This document shows, piece by piece, positions 1-10,113 of a DNA stretch of 64,000 nt (position 1 is the first letter of the stretch; every line of letters begins with the position of its first letter). The position numbers and the translations under genes were made by a program. Under the pieces are notes generated by a model. The model made no database searches and had not been told where the DNA came from. It worked only from the letters and a program-made list of their open reading frames with translations. The DNA lies in assembly GCA_937625935.1 (NCBI GenBank), contig OW569376.1, forward strand, positions 1-64,000, in the 5' to 3' direction. This DNA is from Tetramitus jugosus (taxonomy: Eukaryota; Protista; Heterolobosea).

Positions 1-684
1 CCCAAACCCAAACCCAAACCCAAACCCAAACCCAAACCCAAACCCAAACCCAAACCCAAACCCAAACCCAAACCCAAACCCAAACCCAAACCCAAACCCA
101 AACCCAAACCCAAACCCAAACCCAAACCCAAACCCAAACCCAAACCCAAACCCAAACCCAAACCCAAACCCAAACCCAAACCCAAACCCAAACCCAAACC
201 CAAACCCAAACCCAAACCCAAACCCAAACCCAAACCCAAACCCAAACCCAAACCCAAACCCAAACCCAAACCCAAACCCAAACCCAAACCCAAACCCAAA
301 CCCAAACCCAAACCCAAACCCAAACCCAAACCCAAACCCAAACCCAAACCCAAACCCAAACCCAAACCCAAACCCAAACCCAAACCCAAACCCAAACCCA
401 AACCCAAACCCAAACCCAAACCCAAACCCAAACCCAAACCCAAACCCAAACCCAAACCCAAACCCAAACCCAAACCCAAACCCAAACCCAAACCCAAACC
501 CAAACCCAAACCCAAACCCAAACCCAAACCCAAACCCAAACCCAAACCCAAACCCAAACCCAAACCCAAACCCAAACCCAAACCCAAACCCAAACCCAAA
601 CCCAAACCCAAACCCAAACCCAAACCCAAACCCAAACCCAAACCCAAACCCAAACCCAAACCCAAACCCAAACCCAAACCCAAA
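1..684 (+). repeat. Telomeric array (CCCAAA)n / (TTTGGG)n, 114 perfect copies
   Basis: Uninterrupted hexamer from base 1 to 684, C-rich strand on + as expected for a left chromosome end; abrupt junction to unique sequence TCGACT at 685. Confidence 0.98.
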
Positions 685-1674
685 TCGACTTCTTTCCCAA
701 AAATCAAATATTTCATCCAAATTCAAAACAGAATCGATCTATCATCTAAAATCTGTTCAAACAACATGAATGGAAGATAAAATTGCTCAGTCCATTTCTC
801 TCTATCCTTTGACATTCACTCCTTAGTTTTTGTTGAAAACAGAAATCTTCTCATTAAATGCTTAGCATCTGGAAGAATTTGAGGCAAGCTAGGGAGTCAA
901 TATACGTTTTATGAGTAATCATTTCTATTTCTCTTCAGTTATGACGGGTTGGGTATTCAACTCTGCACTCAACAAAACAAAATTGGAAATCTCATTCTAT
1001 CAGAGTTAATATCTCTCAGAAGAAGAATTATTTCCAAGATTTTCAGTCTATTACATTCATAAAACTGATTAGTCATTCACAAACGCTAGTACTCTGAATT
1101 TTTGACGGGTTGAGTCAGACATTTCAACTATAAACTTGATTCAAATTGGAAACTTCACTATTTCACTGTTTTACAGAATTTTAAAACGAAAAGTCTCAAT
1201 AATAGATAAAATATATGATTCTACAGTGATTATTTGATAAAAACTGTCGATTCTATCCAGAAAAACACTAAATCAAGTCTGTCAAAATTTCTGAAAAATC
1301 AGGTACTCAGAAACTGAGGCAAAAAATATAGTTGGAAGATAATCATGTTAAAAATGATCAAATAATGTCCCAATACTGTCTCAATCCCCTGATCCAAAAC
1401 AAAGAAACCATGTTTCACTCGAATGTCTTAACTCCAGTACAGGATCAAAATCGACTGGAATCTGTTGCCGTTTTAACACTGTTGCCGTTAAAAATCTGTT
1501 ACATACAGCATATATGTCTCCTTTATGAGCTGATAAAGCTCAAATTGAGTTGAAAATCACGCCAAACTCTTCAACTCAATCAGTTGAAGCTTTTAGAGCA
1601 ATAAAAAAATCTCAAAAAACAACCTGCCTAAAAAGGAAACGTCTAAAAAAGCAGGTTATTTAAATACTGCGTAC

Positions 1675-1690
1675 CCCAAACCCAAACCCA
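1675..1690 (+). repeat. Interstitial telomere-like tract CCCAAACCCAAACCCA
   Basis: About 2.7 copies of the telomere unit, same orientation as the terminal array, about 1 kb inside it. Confidence 0.8.
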
Positions 1691-1935
1691 CCCCATTAAA
1701 AACAGATATACAAATCACCAATAAAAAAATATATGAATTCTTTAGTAAAAAGACCATTTCATCGAATTTTTTTGTTCATGTAAAGAGATTTATTGCAAAG
1801 TATTCTGATATCTATTGGGCAAAGCAGGCAAAAATTGCTCACTCATTCCCTATGGATGCCATTTGAGAAACTGTCACCTTGTTGTTGTAGGCTTGAGGAG
1901 GAGTTCACCCATACGAACGTCCTTTAGGAAGCCTT

Positions 1936-2195
1936 TCACCTTAGTGCCTTGAGGTTCTCTTCCTTTCTCATTGCATACCTCATTTTGGTGAACGATGAGA
2001 TAAGCATTCGGAGGGTTTCGAACTCCTGATCGGACATTCGAACCAGGTCTCCGATCTCAGTCACCTCCTCAACCACAAGCATCTCAGTAGCTCTGGTGAG
2101 AGCCTTTGCCAACCAATCTAGCCTCTCTCTGGTCTTTGGTTTGAGTTCGCTGTTCAATGTATTATTTCAGGAAACTTTGCACTCAAACGAGACAT
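1936..2195 (-). pseudogene. Degraded subtelomeric ORF, unknown helical protein
   Basis: 73-codon protein-like frame (NSELKPKTRERLDWLAK...) has no ATG of its own; an upstream ATG at 2195 (MSRLSAKFPEII) is out of frame, suggesting an indel. Confidence 0.4.
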
Positions 2196-2371
2196 GGGTG
2201 AGAGACCGGTATTTTGCATGATTGGTCAAGAATTCGATCCAATCACTTTACTGCTATTAATCACTTTCAATGGTTGTTGTGGTTTCTTTGGCTACTGACA
2301 AGGGCTACTTCTGTGGCAATGAACTCTCTTAAAGTTCTCTTGCAAATATACATACAACAGATATTCAAAAA

Positions 2372-2975
2372 ATGAATCGCTTGATTTAAACCGATCTTAA
2401 ATCTAAGAAATGGTTTCCTCTGGTCAGAGGACTCAGTCCTCCAAAAGAAAATGAAACAACATATCAGGTTATCAAATCAACAATTAGACAAATCAATGAC
2501 CAAGATCTCATTAGGGGCTTTTTTGAAGAATACTGGTAATGTTTTCTCAGAAGTATGGACAACGATGATAAGAAACAATCGATTCCGAGTTGAAGCTAAG
2601 TTTCAAGAAGACCCTCAGTATTAGGATTTGGTCACTCAAAGGCAAGGTGAGAAGAACAGCAAGCTGAAAAAGACTCTTTATGAGAGAATCAGAACTATAG
2701 AGGAAGCATATACCACTCACTTTGTTGAGAGATACTATGAGGAAAAGATGAAAACATTATTGTCACTCCCAAAGTCTGAAAAAGAAAGAAAAAAGGTTGC
2801 TAGAGACAAAACTAACCTATCCTACGGCAATTTTAAACTAATGTATAACAACTTGAAGAGAAAACTAGAAGTCCAAATTCAGAGAGCAGAAGAAAAACAC
2901 AGCAAGGAAAACGAAAGGTTCAAGACAAAGTTCGCTCATCTACAATATGAATCAGACAGTGATGAAGATATTTGA
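2372..2975 (+). pseudogene. Subtelomeric pseudogene of a ~200-aa charged/coiled-coil protein
   Basis: A continuous reading MNRLI*TDLKSKKWFPLVRG...IRGFLKNTGNVFSEVWTTMIRNNRF...QY*DLVTQRQ...ESDSDEDI is restored by ignoring TAA 2387 and TAG 2622 and removing one T from the T6 run at 2519-2524. Confidence 0.6.
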
Positions 2976-4004
2976 TACTAATAAACAATGAAAAAATTGC
3001 AATCAAGCCAAAAGTTACGATTTTTTCTTTCGGTTCAGCACTGATATCTAAACAGTCCGAAATTATCTCAATCAATTGAATTCACCGTTACCCTCCATCA
3101 GGAGGGCCGATATCAACTGTACAATTAGTATCTAGTTCGATTTGTAGATCTGTTGCTGCCTAGACCCAACTCTGTATCTCTGGGAGTTCTGAATTCTCAT
3201 TTAAAAGATTTGATTGACCTTGGCCAAGTGTTTTTTCCCTTTTTTGTTTGTTGGTTGTTGAATGTACTTCCTGTCACTGTCGATCTTTGGAAGCCTTTTG
3301 GTGAGATTGAGACTGGACTGCCAGTTCTGACAACCCATTCTTACTCTTAGACACAAAGTGTTAATAAGAACAATTAAACAACAAAGAAAGAAACACATAC
3401 ACGGGTACGCACCCATTGATTGCAAACAGTAATACTGTCAAATGCATAGTCCAAGGTGACATGCGGATAAGGACCAGACTTGAGTGGTTTGAGGTCCCTT
3501 CTCATATGGCTTGTGCTGATCCTCTTGCATTCTTGGCAGTCCCATCCGCACTAGGCGCATACGTTTTCTATCTCGAACCACCTCTAGCGTTCTTGTTGTT
3601 CGACTGTTCAGTCCGAACTCGGCATGCTTACTTTTCATTAATCTCTTTCAGCTCCGGGCCTGAGCTGCAGTAGCAGCCGTCAATAACTCAATTTTTGTGC
3701 CATGACTTCTACCTTGCTGCTGAGATCCAAGAATGCTGTAATCAATTGGCTTGATTGATTGCTTGGTGACTTGCTTGAGAGTGATTTGATTGAAAATACC
3801 AGAAGCTCGATGGTCATAACTTGTTCTCCTGTCCTCGAGTCTTTCCCTGGCAATTGGGAACGATCCGCAACCATCAAGAACAATCCCCACTAGAAACCAA
3901 AAATATGGAACGAAGGGGAATGAACCATCAACTGATGTGCTTTGTTCTCTTTAAAATTCGACATCATTTCATTCGTAACAAAACACAAACCAACCACAAT
4001 CGAC

Positions 4005-4790
4005 ATGTCTTCAGATGAAAAGAAAAGAAAATTTGAGAAGTTCGCCAATTCAATACCCAAGAGAGAGTGTAATCTCTGTGGCGAGGATTACCCGGTTCAC
4101 CAACTCTATGCACATCTTCGAGAATGCTTACGAGATTGGGAGGTAATGAACAAATTACCACATCAATGTTATTGTAGAGCTGAACCAACTCCAACAACCA
4201 TTGAAGATCAGCCAAATCCATCTACTCATCTAAATAATTCAACTCCAGTCATGTCTCATGCTTCAGAAGACAGAATCTTCTCTGGACCCAAGCAAATCTC
4301 ATCCGGCCCGAGTGCACCATTTGATCAGTCTGCATATTGGCTCCAAACCAAAAACAAGGCACAAGAAAAGAGTAAGTTGCTTAACAACATTAGACTTTGT
4401 TCCATTAACGGAAAATTTTGTAAGACAACAAATGCTCCCAAACAATACTTTGTTATCGTCCACGTCGGTAACAAGAAATTGAACTTCTGCCGCGTCATGC
4501 ATTTCAGTTCGGTCAACACCACTTCATCCATTGTCAAGCTCATTGAGGAAAATAGAGGAGATCAAGATCCTAAGAAGTGGAATTGTGACAATCCACACAA
4601 GTGTTCGTTTCCACAATGCAAAAACACAAGCAATGGATTTTACTCTATTGGTGGTTACTATACGTCAAGAGAGCATTGTCAGATGTTTTGTCAGATTCAA
4701 TGCATCATGGACTTTCTTGAATGCAAGAGGGCAGGGGATTGGGAATCTTGGTGTCGTTCCAATTCTGATATCAACCGTGATACTCAATGA
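4005..4790 (+). CDS. Transposon-associated Cys-rich zinc-finger protein (261 aa)
   Basis: First ATG at 4005 (MSSDEKKRK, NLS-like); N-terminal CxxC-x12-HxxxC finger (CNLC...HLREC); two C-terminal units C..C...FCxxxH/C resembling MYM/TRASH-type fingers. Confidence 0.8.
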   Translation: MSSDEKKRKFEKFANSIPKRECNLCGEDYPVHQLYAHLRECLRDWEVMNKLPHQCYCRAEPTPTTIEDQPNPSTHLNNSTPVMSHASEDRIFSGPKQISSGPSAPFDQSAYWLQTKNKAQEKSKLLNNIRLCSINGKFCKTTNAPKQYFVIVHVGNKKLNFCRVMHFSSVNTTSSIVKLIEENRGDQDPKKWNCDNPHKCSFPQCKNTSNGFYSIGGYYTSREHCQMFCQIQCIMDFLECKRAGDWESWCRSNSDINRDTQ

Positions 4791-4812
4791 CAATTCGTAA
4801 AGTATAGGTTTT

Positions 4813-5745
4813 ATGGATACTTTGTTAGATGACAGTGTGCGACTGCAAACTCTTGTTGGTGTGACGTCGGTCCAATTTTATTACTTGTTCAGTTTGGTTG
4901 AGAATCTGTTAGAGAGAGTGAGCGTGAAGAACCCTGATGTATCCAAACTGAAGCAACGAAAGGCGACAAATCGAAGTTTCACAACACTGCAGCAGTTCTT
5001 GATGTTCATGATTTGGATCAGACAATATTTTGTGGATGATGTCTTGGCTTGGATCACTGGAGTAGATGCATCGCAAATATATCGATACAACTATTCTTCA
5101 CTTGTGGTTGTTTCACACGTGATGAAGCAATTCATTTGCATTCCCACACGTGATGTTAGAGATTCGCATGGAGTGCATTGGAGAGGAATTCAAATTAATA
5201 TCATTGGCGATGGAGTTGAACAGCGTGTGAGTAAATGCTCTGTCAAACTAATTGAACAAAGCTTATTTTCAGGTAAGAAATGTAGTCATACTTTTACAAA
5301 ACTTGCTTTCTGCAGTCCCAATGGATTTTTATACTACTTGTCTCCTAGCTACACTGGAAACAAAACTGATAGTCAATTGATGTCGTTTCCTGAAAATTTG
5401 ATTGGAGATAACCTCGATGATGATGAATTTATTTGCTTGGACAAGGGATTCAAGGGATATCAGGCGTACTGGAAGAGCACGATACTGCCATATATGTATA
5501 CAACAGAATCGCAGCTTCAGCCTGACGAACAACATTTCAACAATCAGTTTAAGTCAATTAGAATTGTTGTCGAGAATGTGTTTTGCTCCATTAAGAAGTT
5601 CAAGATTTGCTCAGAAAAACTTCGTGTAAAATCATTTGACCTGGAACATGCCAAACATGTTCATGATATGGCATGGTCCTCTTGCGGTGGTATCTTTAAT
5701 CTCCTTCGTGCTCCTTTGAAAGTTTTTCCTATGGAGCACTCATAA
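4813..5745 (+). CDS. DDE transposase, DDE_Tnp_4 (HARBI1/PIF/ISL2EU-like) with N-terminal HTH
   Basis: Motifs IIGDGVEQ, LFSGKKCSHT, SYTGNKTD, LDKGF, FNNQFKSIRIVVENVF...KKFKI; D-D-E triad intact. Confidence 0.92.
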   Translation: MDTLLDDSVRLQTLVGVTSVQFYYLFSLVENLLERVSVKNPDVSKLKQRKATNRSFTTLQQFLMFMIWIRQYFVDDVLAWITGVDASQIYRYNYSSLVVVSHVMKQFICIPTRDVRDSHGVHWRGIQINIIGDGVEQRVSKCSVKLIEQSLFSGKKCSHTFTKLAFCSPNGFLYYLSPSYTGNKTDSQLMSFPENLIGDNLDDDEFICLDKGFKGYQAYWKSTILPYMYTTESQLQPDEQHFNNQFKSIRIVVENVFCSIKKFKICSEKLRVKSFDLEHAKHVHDMAWSSCGGIFNLLRAPLKVFPMEHS

Positions 5746-6107
5746 TCCAAAGTTATTGCTTTTTGTTGCTCATTCATTGTTCGTTCATTCCTTTTCATTC
5801 CTCATTCCTTGCTCAGATTGCTGTGGATAGTTGTGAATCATGATCTTGCCTGATTCGAGGACAGGAAAACAACTGAGGCGTGGCTCCTCCCTTTGAAATA
5901 TTTGAGCTTGTAACCTTCTCGCGTGGGAAGTCAAATTCTTTGTGTTCGGCCTGTGGAGCGAGAAGGTGCAACGATGCTTGAACGGAGTTCATCTGTCAAT
6001 GGAACAAGATTTGACGGACAAATATTCGTGTGTAAGATTCTGCGGAGTATTTGTTGTTCACATTGTTGTGACAAACACCAACATGACACAACAAGACAAG
6101 AAACAAA

Positions 6108-7061
6108 ATGAAAACTCCCAATATTGTGGTCATCTTATTCTCAGCATGGATGCTAATCTGTGTGTTGTATGTGTCTGTCAATCATTTTGGTGTCACAACT
6201 ACTCCAACGACCACGATGACGACAAAAGACCGCACATCATCGCAAGAGCAAGGATCATCACTGCCACCCATGGTCTGCCCTTGCGACTTTAAAGCCGATC
6301 CACCTGCATCGGTGCCCAACTGTCCAAAGGTGGATTCATCACCGAAACCACCAAAACGAGAGCCACTTCCTCCTCTGTCCATCTCCATTCCAACAGATTG
6401 TGCAGCAAAGTACGGCCCGAGTGAAACACGAAGAGTGTATACCTATCATCAGATTTTAACTGGATTCAGAAACGATACAGAGTTGCTCCAGTTGTGGAAG
6501 TTGAGTTGGAGTTTAAACTGTTGGGAACCTATTATTCTTGATGAGAATCACGCGATGCTACACAATGACTATCAATCATTGGTGCAGAAATTGGAACAGC
6601 TTCCGACAGTAAATCCAAAGTTGTATGAGTTGTCCTGTTACATTCGATATGTGGCAATGTCAGCTGTCGGTGGAGGAATCATGGTTGACAACGATGTGAT
6701 CAACTTGAATTTTAAGCCCAATGAAATGACAAGTCCTTTGCCAGAAAGATTTACTTGTTATGATCGCGGTATACCATCAATGGTTTATGGAACAAGAGAA
6801 GAGTATGATCGTGTGATAAATTACATGGCCAATTATCAATTGAGACCAAATGATAAGTACAATGGTCGAAATCACACTTCTGACATGTATATTCTGGGTA
6901 AAATGTTGGATGAAAAGTTAGTAGACGGCGCTGCCGAGTCTCCTATAAAGCTAAAGAAGATTAAACACTTGAGTGCAAGTTGGACATCGAAAGTTAGGAA
7001 TTTAGTTGGAATCAATGTGGGCAAGACACATTTGGCTAGACTGTTGTTGCTTCTCTCATAA
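6108..7061 (+). CDS. Type II membrane glycosyltransferase-like protein (DxD, GT32/Gly_transf_sug-like)
   Basis: N-terminal TM helix, Thr/Pro-rich stem, motif IRYVAMSAVGGGIMVDNDV. Confidence 0.7.
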   Translation: MKTPNIVVILFSAWMLICVLYVSVNHFGVTTTPTTTMTTKDRTSSQEQGSSLPPMVCPCDFKADPPASVPNCPKVDSSPKPPKREPLPPLSISIPTDCAAKYGPSETRRVYTYHQILTGFRNDTELLQLWKLSWSLNCWEPIILDENHAMLHNDYQSLVQKLEQLPTVNPKLYELSCYIRYVAMSAVGGGIMVDNDVINLNFKPNEMTSPLPERFTCYDRGIPSMVYGTREEYDRVINYMANYQLRPNDKYNGRNHTSDMYILGKMLDEKLVDGAAESPIKLKKIKHLSASWTSKVRNLVGINVGKTHLARLLLLLS

Positions 7062-7076
7062 ATTGACCTTGTGTGC

Positions 7077-8432
7077 TCAATATCTCCGTAAAGCTTTCTG
7101 TAGAGGCTTATCATAGGCCTTCATTGCGTCGTCATAAACATCCCAGAAACCTCCTTTCTTGTTCCACTCGTCTGTCGATGAGTTTTCGATAGTAAAAAAT
7201 ATTCCCTTTTTCACACCGTCAGTAAACTCTTCCAGTGACTTTGTTTTGTAGTGATGTATCACGATGTCGCCCACATCCAGAAAGAATGTGTCCTTATTAT
7301 AGGCGTGAGGCAACCAAAGGTGTACATTTGTATACTGAAGTTTCCTATCGATATGATCAGTTCTCACAATAGAGTTCATAGCTAGAACTTTATCCCCACC
7401 CTTGACAAGAAACTCCCTAACGATTTGATCAGACCGCCAGAAGTAGCCTTGTGTTACGAGAGGAGATGCGTTGGTTAAACCACTATGACCAAAAGTTTTC
7501 CAGAAAACGAGAAACTGTTTAGCATCTTTAAAAATTGGTCGACTTTCGAGTTCTTTGATCTTGGCCTTCAGATTAAAGCTGGGCTGTCCCTTCATGTAAG
7601 GAATTAAGAAGCAATCAGCGTCCATATGGATCGCATATTTTGTTAACTTGCGATATCGATAATAAAAGTCCCGTTGATCACCTAGCACCTTGCGACAGGC
7701 ATTGTCGTGTGCAAATTTGAAGTCAGTCCAAGTAACAAATCCTTCGTCAACAAACGGCTTAATCACTTCAAGAGAATTATCAGTACTTCCATCATCATAA
7801 ATAAAAATGTGATCAATACCTATCATCTTGTGATACACCACCCATTCCTTCAAGTATCTATCAAAATTTCTCACCATTGTTACAATGCTCACTTGATATT
7901 TTTGCTTGTGATCCGTCTCCCAGAACAATGAGATGTTGCCAAGTATATTGAGATTGTTCCGATCCAACAAAAGAACATATGACTCTCTCTTTTTGAACAA
8001 AAACTTTCCGACATGATAGTCACAAGAGGGTAGAATCGTGTTCACATGACCATTATCGTAGTACTCCGCAGTTCGTTCTGCATAAGAGGAATTGTCATTA
8101 GTTGAAAGTAGATACTTGTCACCAGCGACTGATACTGCACAAACAAAGTCAACAGGTTTGTAAAACGCGTGACTTGAGAAATAGATGCGAATCATGTCAC
8201 TTTCCCTTGCCCAATATCCTCTCATGAAACCCATCTCGTTGCGTACTGGTTGAGTGCTCGGTGTTTGGACAGTTTTGATATGGTCCCATAACGATATCAA
8301 GTCAACCTCCTCATCTGATGTGGGTACTAGGTCTTGCTCTACGAGATTCCTCTTTACTTTGGCAAGAAAAGACGTCAGTATGAATACGACAGTCAAAAAC
8401 GCAATAAACTTGATTACTCTTGTTCCTCTCAT
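7077..8432 (-). CDS. Glycosyltransferase, GT92 / GT2-like
   Basis: N-terminal TM; motifs YLKEWVVYHKMIGIDHIFIYDDGSTD, HMDAD, HHYKTKSLEEF. Confidence 0.85.
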   Translation of the reverse strand: MRGTRVIKFIAFLTVVFILTSFLAKVKRNLVEQDLVPTSDEEVDLISLWDHIKTVQTPSTQPVRNEMGFMRGYWARESDMIRIYFSSHAFYKPVDFVCAVSVAGDKYLLSTNDNSSYAERTAEYYDNGHVNTILPSCDYHVGKFLFKKRESYVLLLDRNNLNILGNISLFWETDHKQKYQVSIVTMVRNFDRYLKEWVVYHKMIGIDHIFIYDDGSTDNSLEVIKPFVDEGFVTWTDFKFAHDNACRKVLGDQRDFYYRYRKLTKYAIHMDADCFLIPYMKGQPSFNLKAKIKELESRPIFKDAKQFLVFWKTFGHSGLTNASPLVTQGYFWRSDQIVREFLVKGGDKVLAMNSIVRTDHIDRKLQYTNVHLWLPHAYNKDTFFLDVGDIVIHHYKTKSLEEFTDGVKKGIFFTIENSSTDEWNKKGGFWDVYDDAMKAYDKPLQKALRRY

Positions 8433-8892
8433 ATTCTTTGTTTTTCGTCAGAGACTTTTCATAATACTTGTGGTGATACGATGATTGCCTTAACGTGTGC
8501 GTGGCTTTTGTGACAAGAGATCGGAAAGGAATTCAACTGACAGCGGACAAAAAGGTTCGGACATTCGCACCGAATTTGTAGTTATTGAGAAACCCTAGTA
8601 TATCCAATTGTTTGCGTTTCGGATGAACTCATTCGGGAACTCTTCCTCGAAGTCGTTGAACAAGTTGCTAAATAATTTACAACAAGACAGATTGACCTGT
8701 GTTGTTCAGTCCTAAATCAGACCAACATAATCTTTATTTACTTGGTACAGGTACGTGTTTGCCATCACTTGGTGTTGCGTTCAGAGGTAAAACAACCTTC
8801 ATGTTCATTCATTGTTGGTTGCAGAAGTGGTGCGAATCAGGTGTTTCTCTTCACCGCTACCCTTAAAGGACCTTATGATTCTGATATTAGTA

Positions 8893-10113
8893 TTACAAAG
8901 AGAGACCCTTGGTATCGCCGTTGGTCAAGGCACGAATCAAATTATCACCATTCTCTCCCGATATGACAATCTTACCATTGGCAGCCAAATTCTTCAACAT
9001 TTCCAATCTCTGCATCTGCAGCTCAAACTCTCTTCTATCCTTCAATTGAGAAGCAGCTCTTGCTTCGGCCTCTCCCTCCACTTCGATCGTCTTGGCAGCA
9101 TTTTCAGCACTGACAACCGTGGCTTCCGCACGAATCTTCTCAGTTTGAGCGTACTGATCAGCAGAAATCTTGCTGGCAGCTGCATCTCCCTCTGCTTTGA
9201 GTTGTGCAGTTTGGGCTTCTTTTTCTCCCTGAATCTTTGCATTAATGTACTCTGATTCTGCCTTGTATTTCAAAACAGCAGCCTCCTCCTCTGCCTTAAT
9301 AATAGCCAATTGCTTCTTTCTCTGGGCTTCAATCTCAGATTGTCCTTTTTGAATCAAGGCACGCTCCTTTCTGGCCAACTCGTCCTGTGCTAAACGATCA
9401 TTGTTGGCAATCAGTTTCTTCATGGACAACTCTGCATTGTCATTCAACACCTTGAGATTGTACAAGTGACCCTTTTGTTCTTCCTTTTGCTTCGAGTCAT
9501 AGGTTGTTTCCGTTTCCAGTGTCGATGCCAACTCTTGTGGCAATTGAACATTGGTAATGGTTGCATCACTAAACAAAATTCCAAATCTCTTAAACTTTTC
9601 ATTCAAATTCCCAATGAATTCACTGGCACGACTACCTCTCAGTTCATACACCTTGTCATGAGTCACACCACGCACCAATCCACGAATCGACTCTTCTGCC
9701 GCACTTCTCAACAATGAATTAAACTTGAGAGCACCCAATTTATAAACAAAATCATTGGCATCGGTGATACGGAACACGAGGGTCAAATCTACTTGAACCA
9801 TGACATTGTCCCTCGTTGGACAATTCATCACTGGTGCATTATAGGCACAACTTTGCTTGGAAACCAAGAAGGCAACCTTGTACCATGGTGGTAAGATGCG
9901 AAAACCGGGTATTTGAGGTCCCATGTCCTTACCGAATCGATGCATAATGACATGAACACCATCTGGAATGACCATGTACCAACTGCATGAGGTTCGATGA
10001 GGAACGAGAACGAGTGGCAGTTGACCCAGTTCGTCCTTTCGACCAAACATGCTCACTGCCTCTGACATGTCATCAATGTTCATTTGAACGAGTTGTGTTT
10101 GTTTGCAGGACAT
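8893..10113 (-). CDS. SPFH/band-7 domain protein with coiled-coil tail
   Basis: CPTRDNVMVQVDLTLVFRI, AEESIRGLVR, ITNVQLP and Ala/Glu-rich coiled coil; probable start MSCKQ at 10113 (upstream part of the track ORF is UTR-like). Confidence 0.9.
   Translation of the reverse strand: MSCKQTQLVQMNIDDMSEAVSMFGRKDELGQLPLVLVPHRTSCSWYMVIPDGVHVIMHRFGKDMGPQIPGFRILPPWYKVAFLVSKQSCAYNAPVMNCPTRDNVMVQVDLTLVFRITDANDFVYKLGALKFNSLLRSAAEESIRGLVRGVTHDKVYELRGSRASEFIGNLNEKFKRFGILFSDATITNVQLPQELASTLETETTYDSKQKEEQKGHLYNLKVLNDNAELSMKKLIANNDRLAQDELARKERALIQKGQSEIEAQRKKQLAIIKAEEEAAVLKYKAESEYINAKIQGEKEAQTAQLKAEGDAAASKISADQYAQTEKIRAEATVVSAENAAKTIEVEGEAEARAASQLKDRREFELQMQRLEMLKNLAANGKIVISGENGDNLIRALTNGDTKGLSL

Larger units (their letters stand above)
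3821..5872 (+). mobile_element. PIF/Harbinger/ISL2EU-like DNA transposon with two ORFs and ~90-105 bp imperfect inverted repeats
   Basis: Inverted blocks: 3821-3838 vs 5855-5872 (17/18 identical), 3907-3925 vs 5783-5801 (16/19) and a middle block (GATCCGCAACCATC vs GATTCACAACTATC). They enclose a zinc-finger ORF and a DDE transposase. No clear target-site duplication, so exact ends are uncertain. Confidence 0.75.

Noticed and set aside
2372-3700. In-frame TAA/TAG in subtelomeric frames as evidence of a ciliate-type genetic code
   Set aside because: All long conserved genes in the window are free of internal TAA/TAG and many end in them; the subtelomeric frames also have indels, so they are decayed.
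8591-8598. AAACCCTA telo-box-like motif
   Set aside because: Single 8-mer matching the plant repeat, not this organism's; expected by chance.
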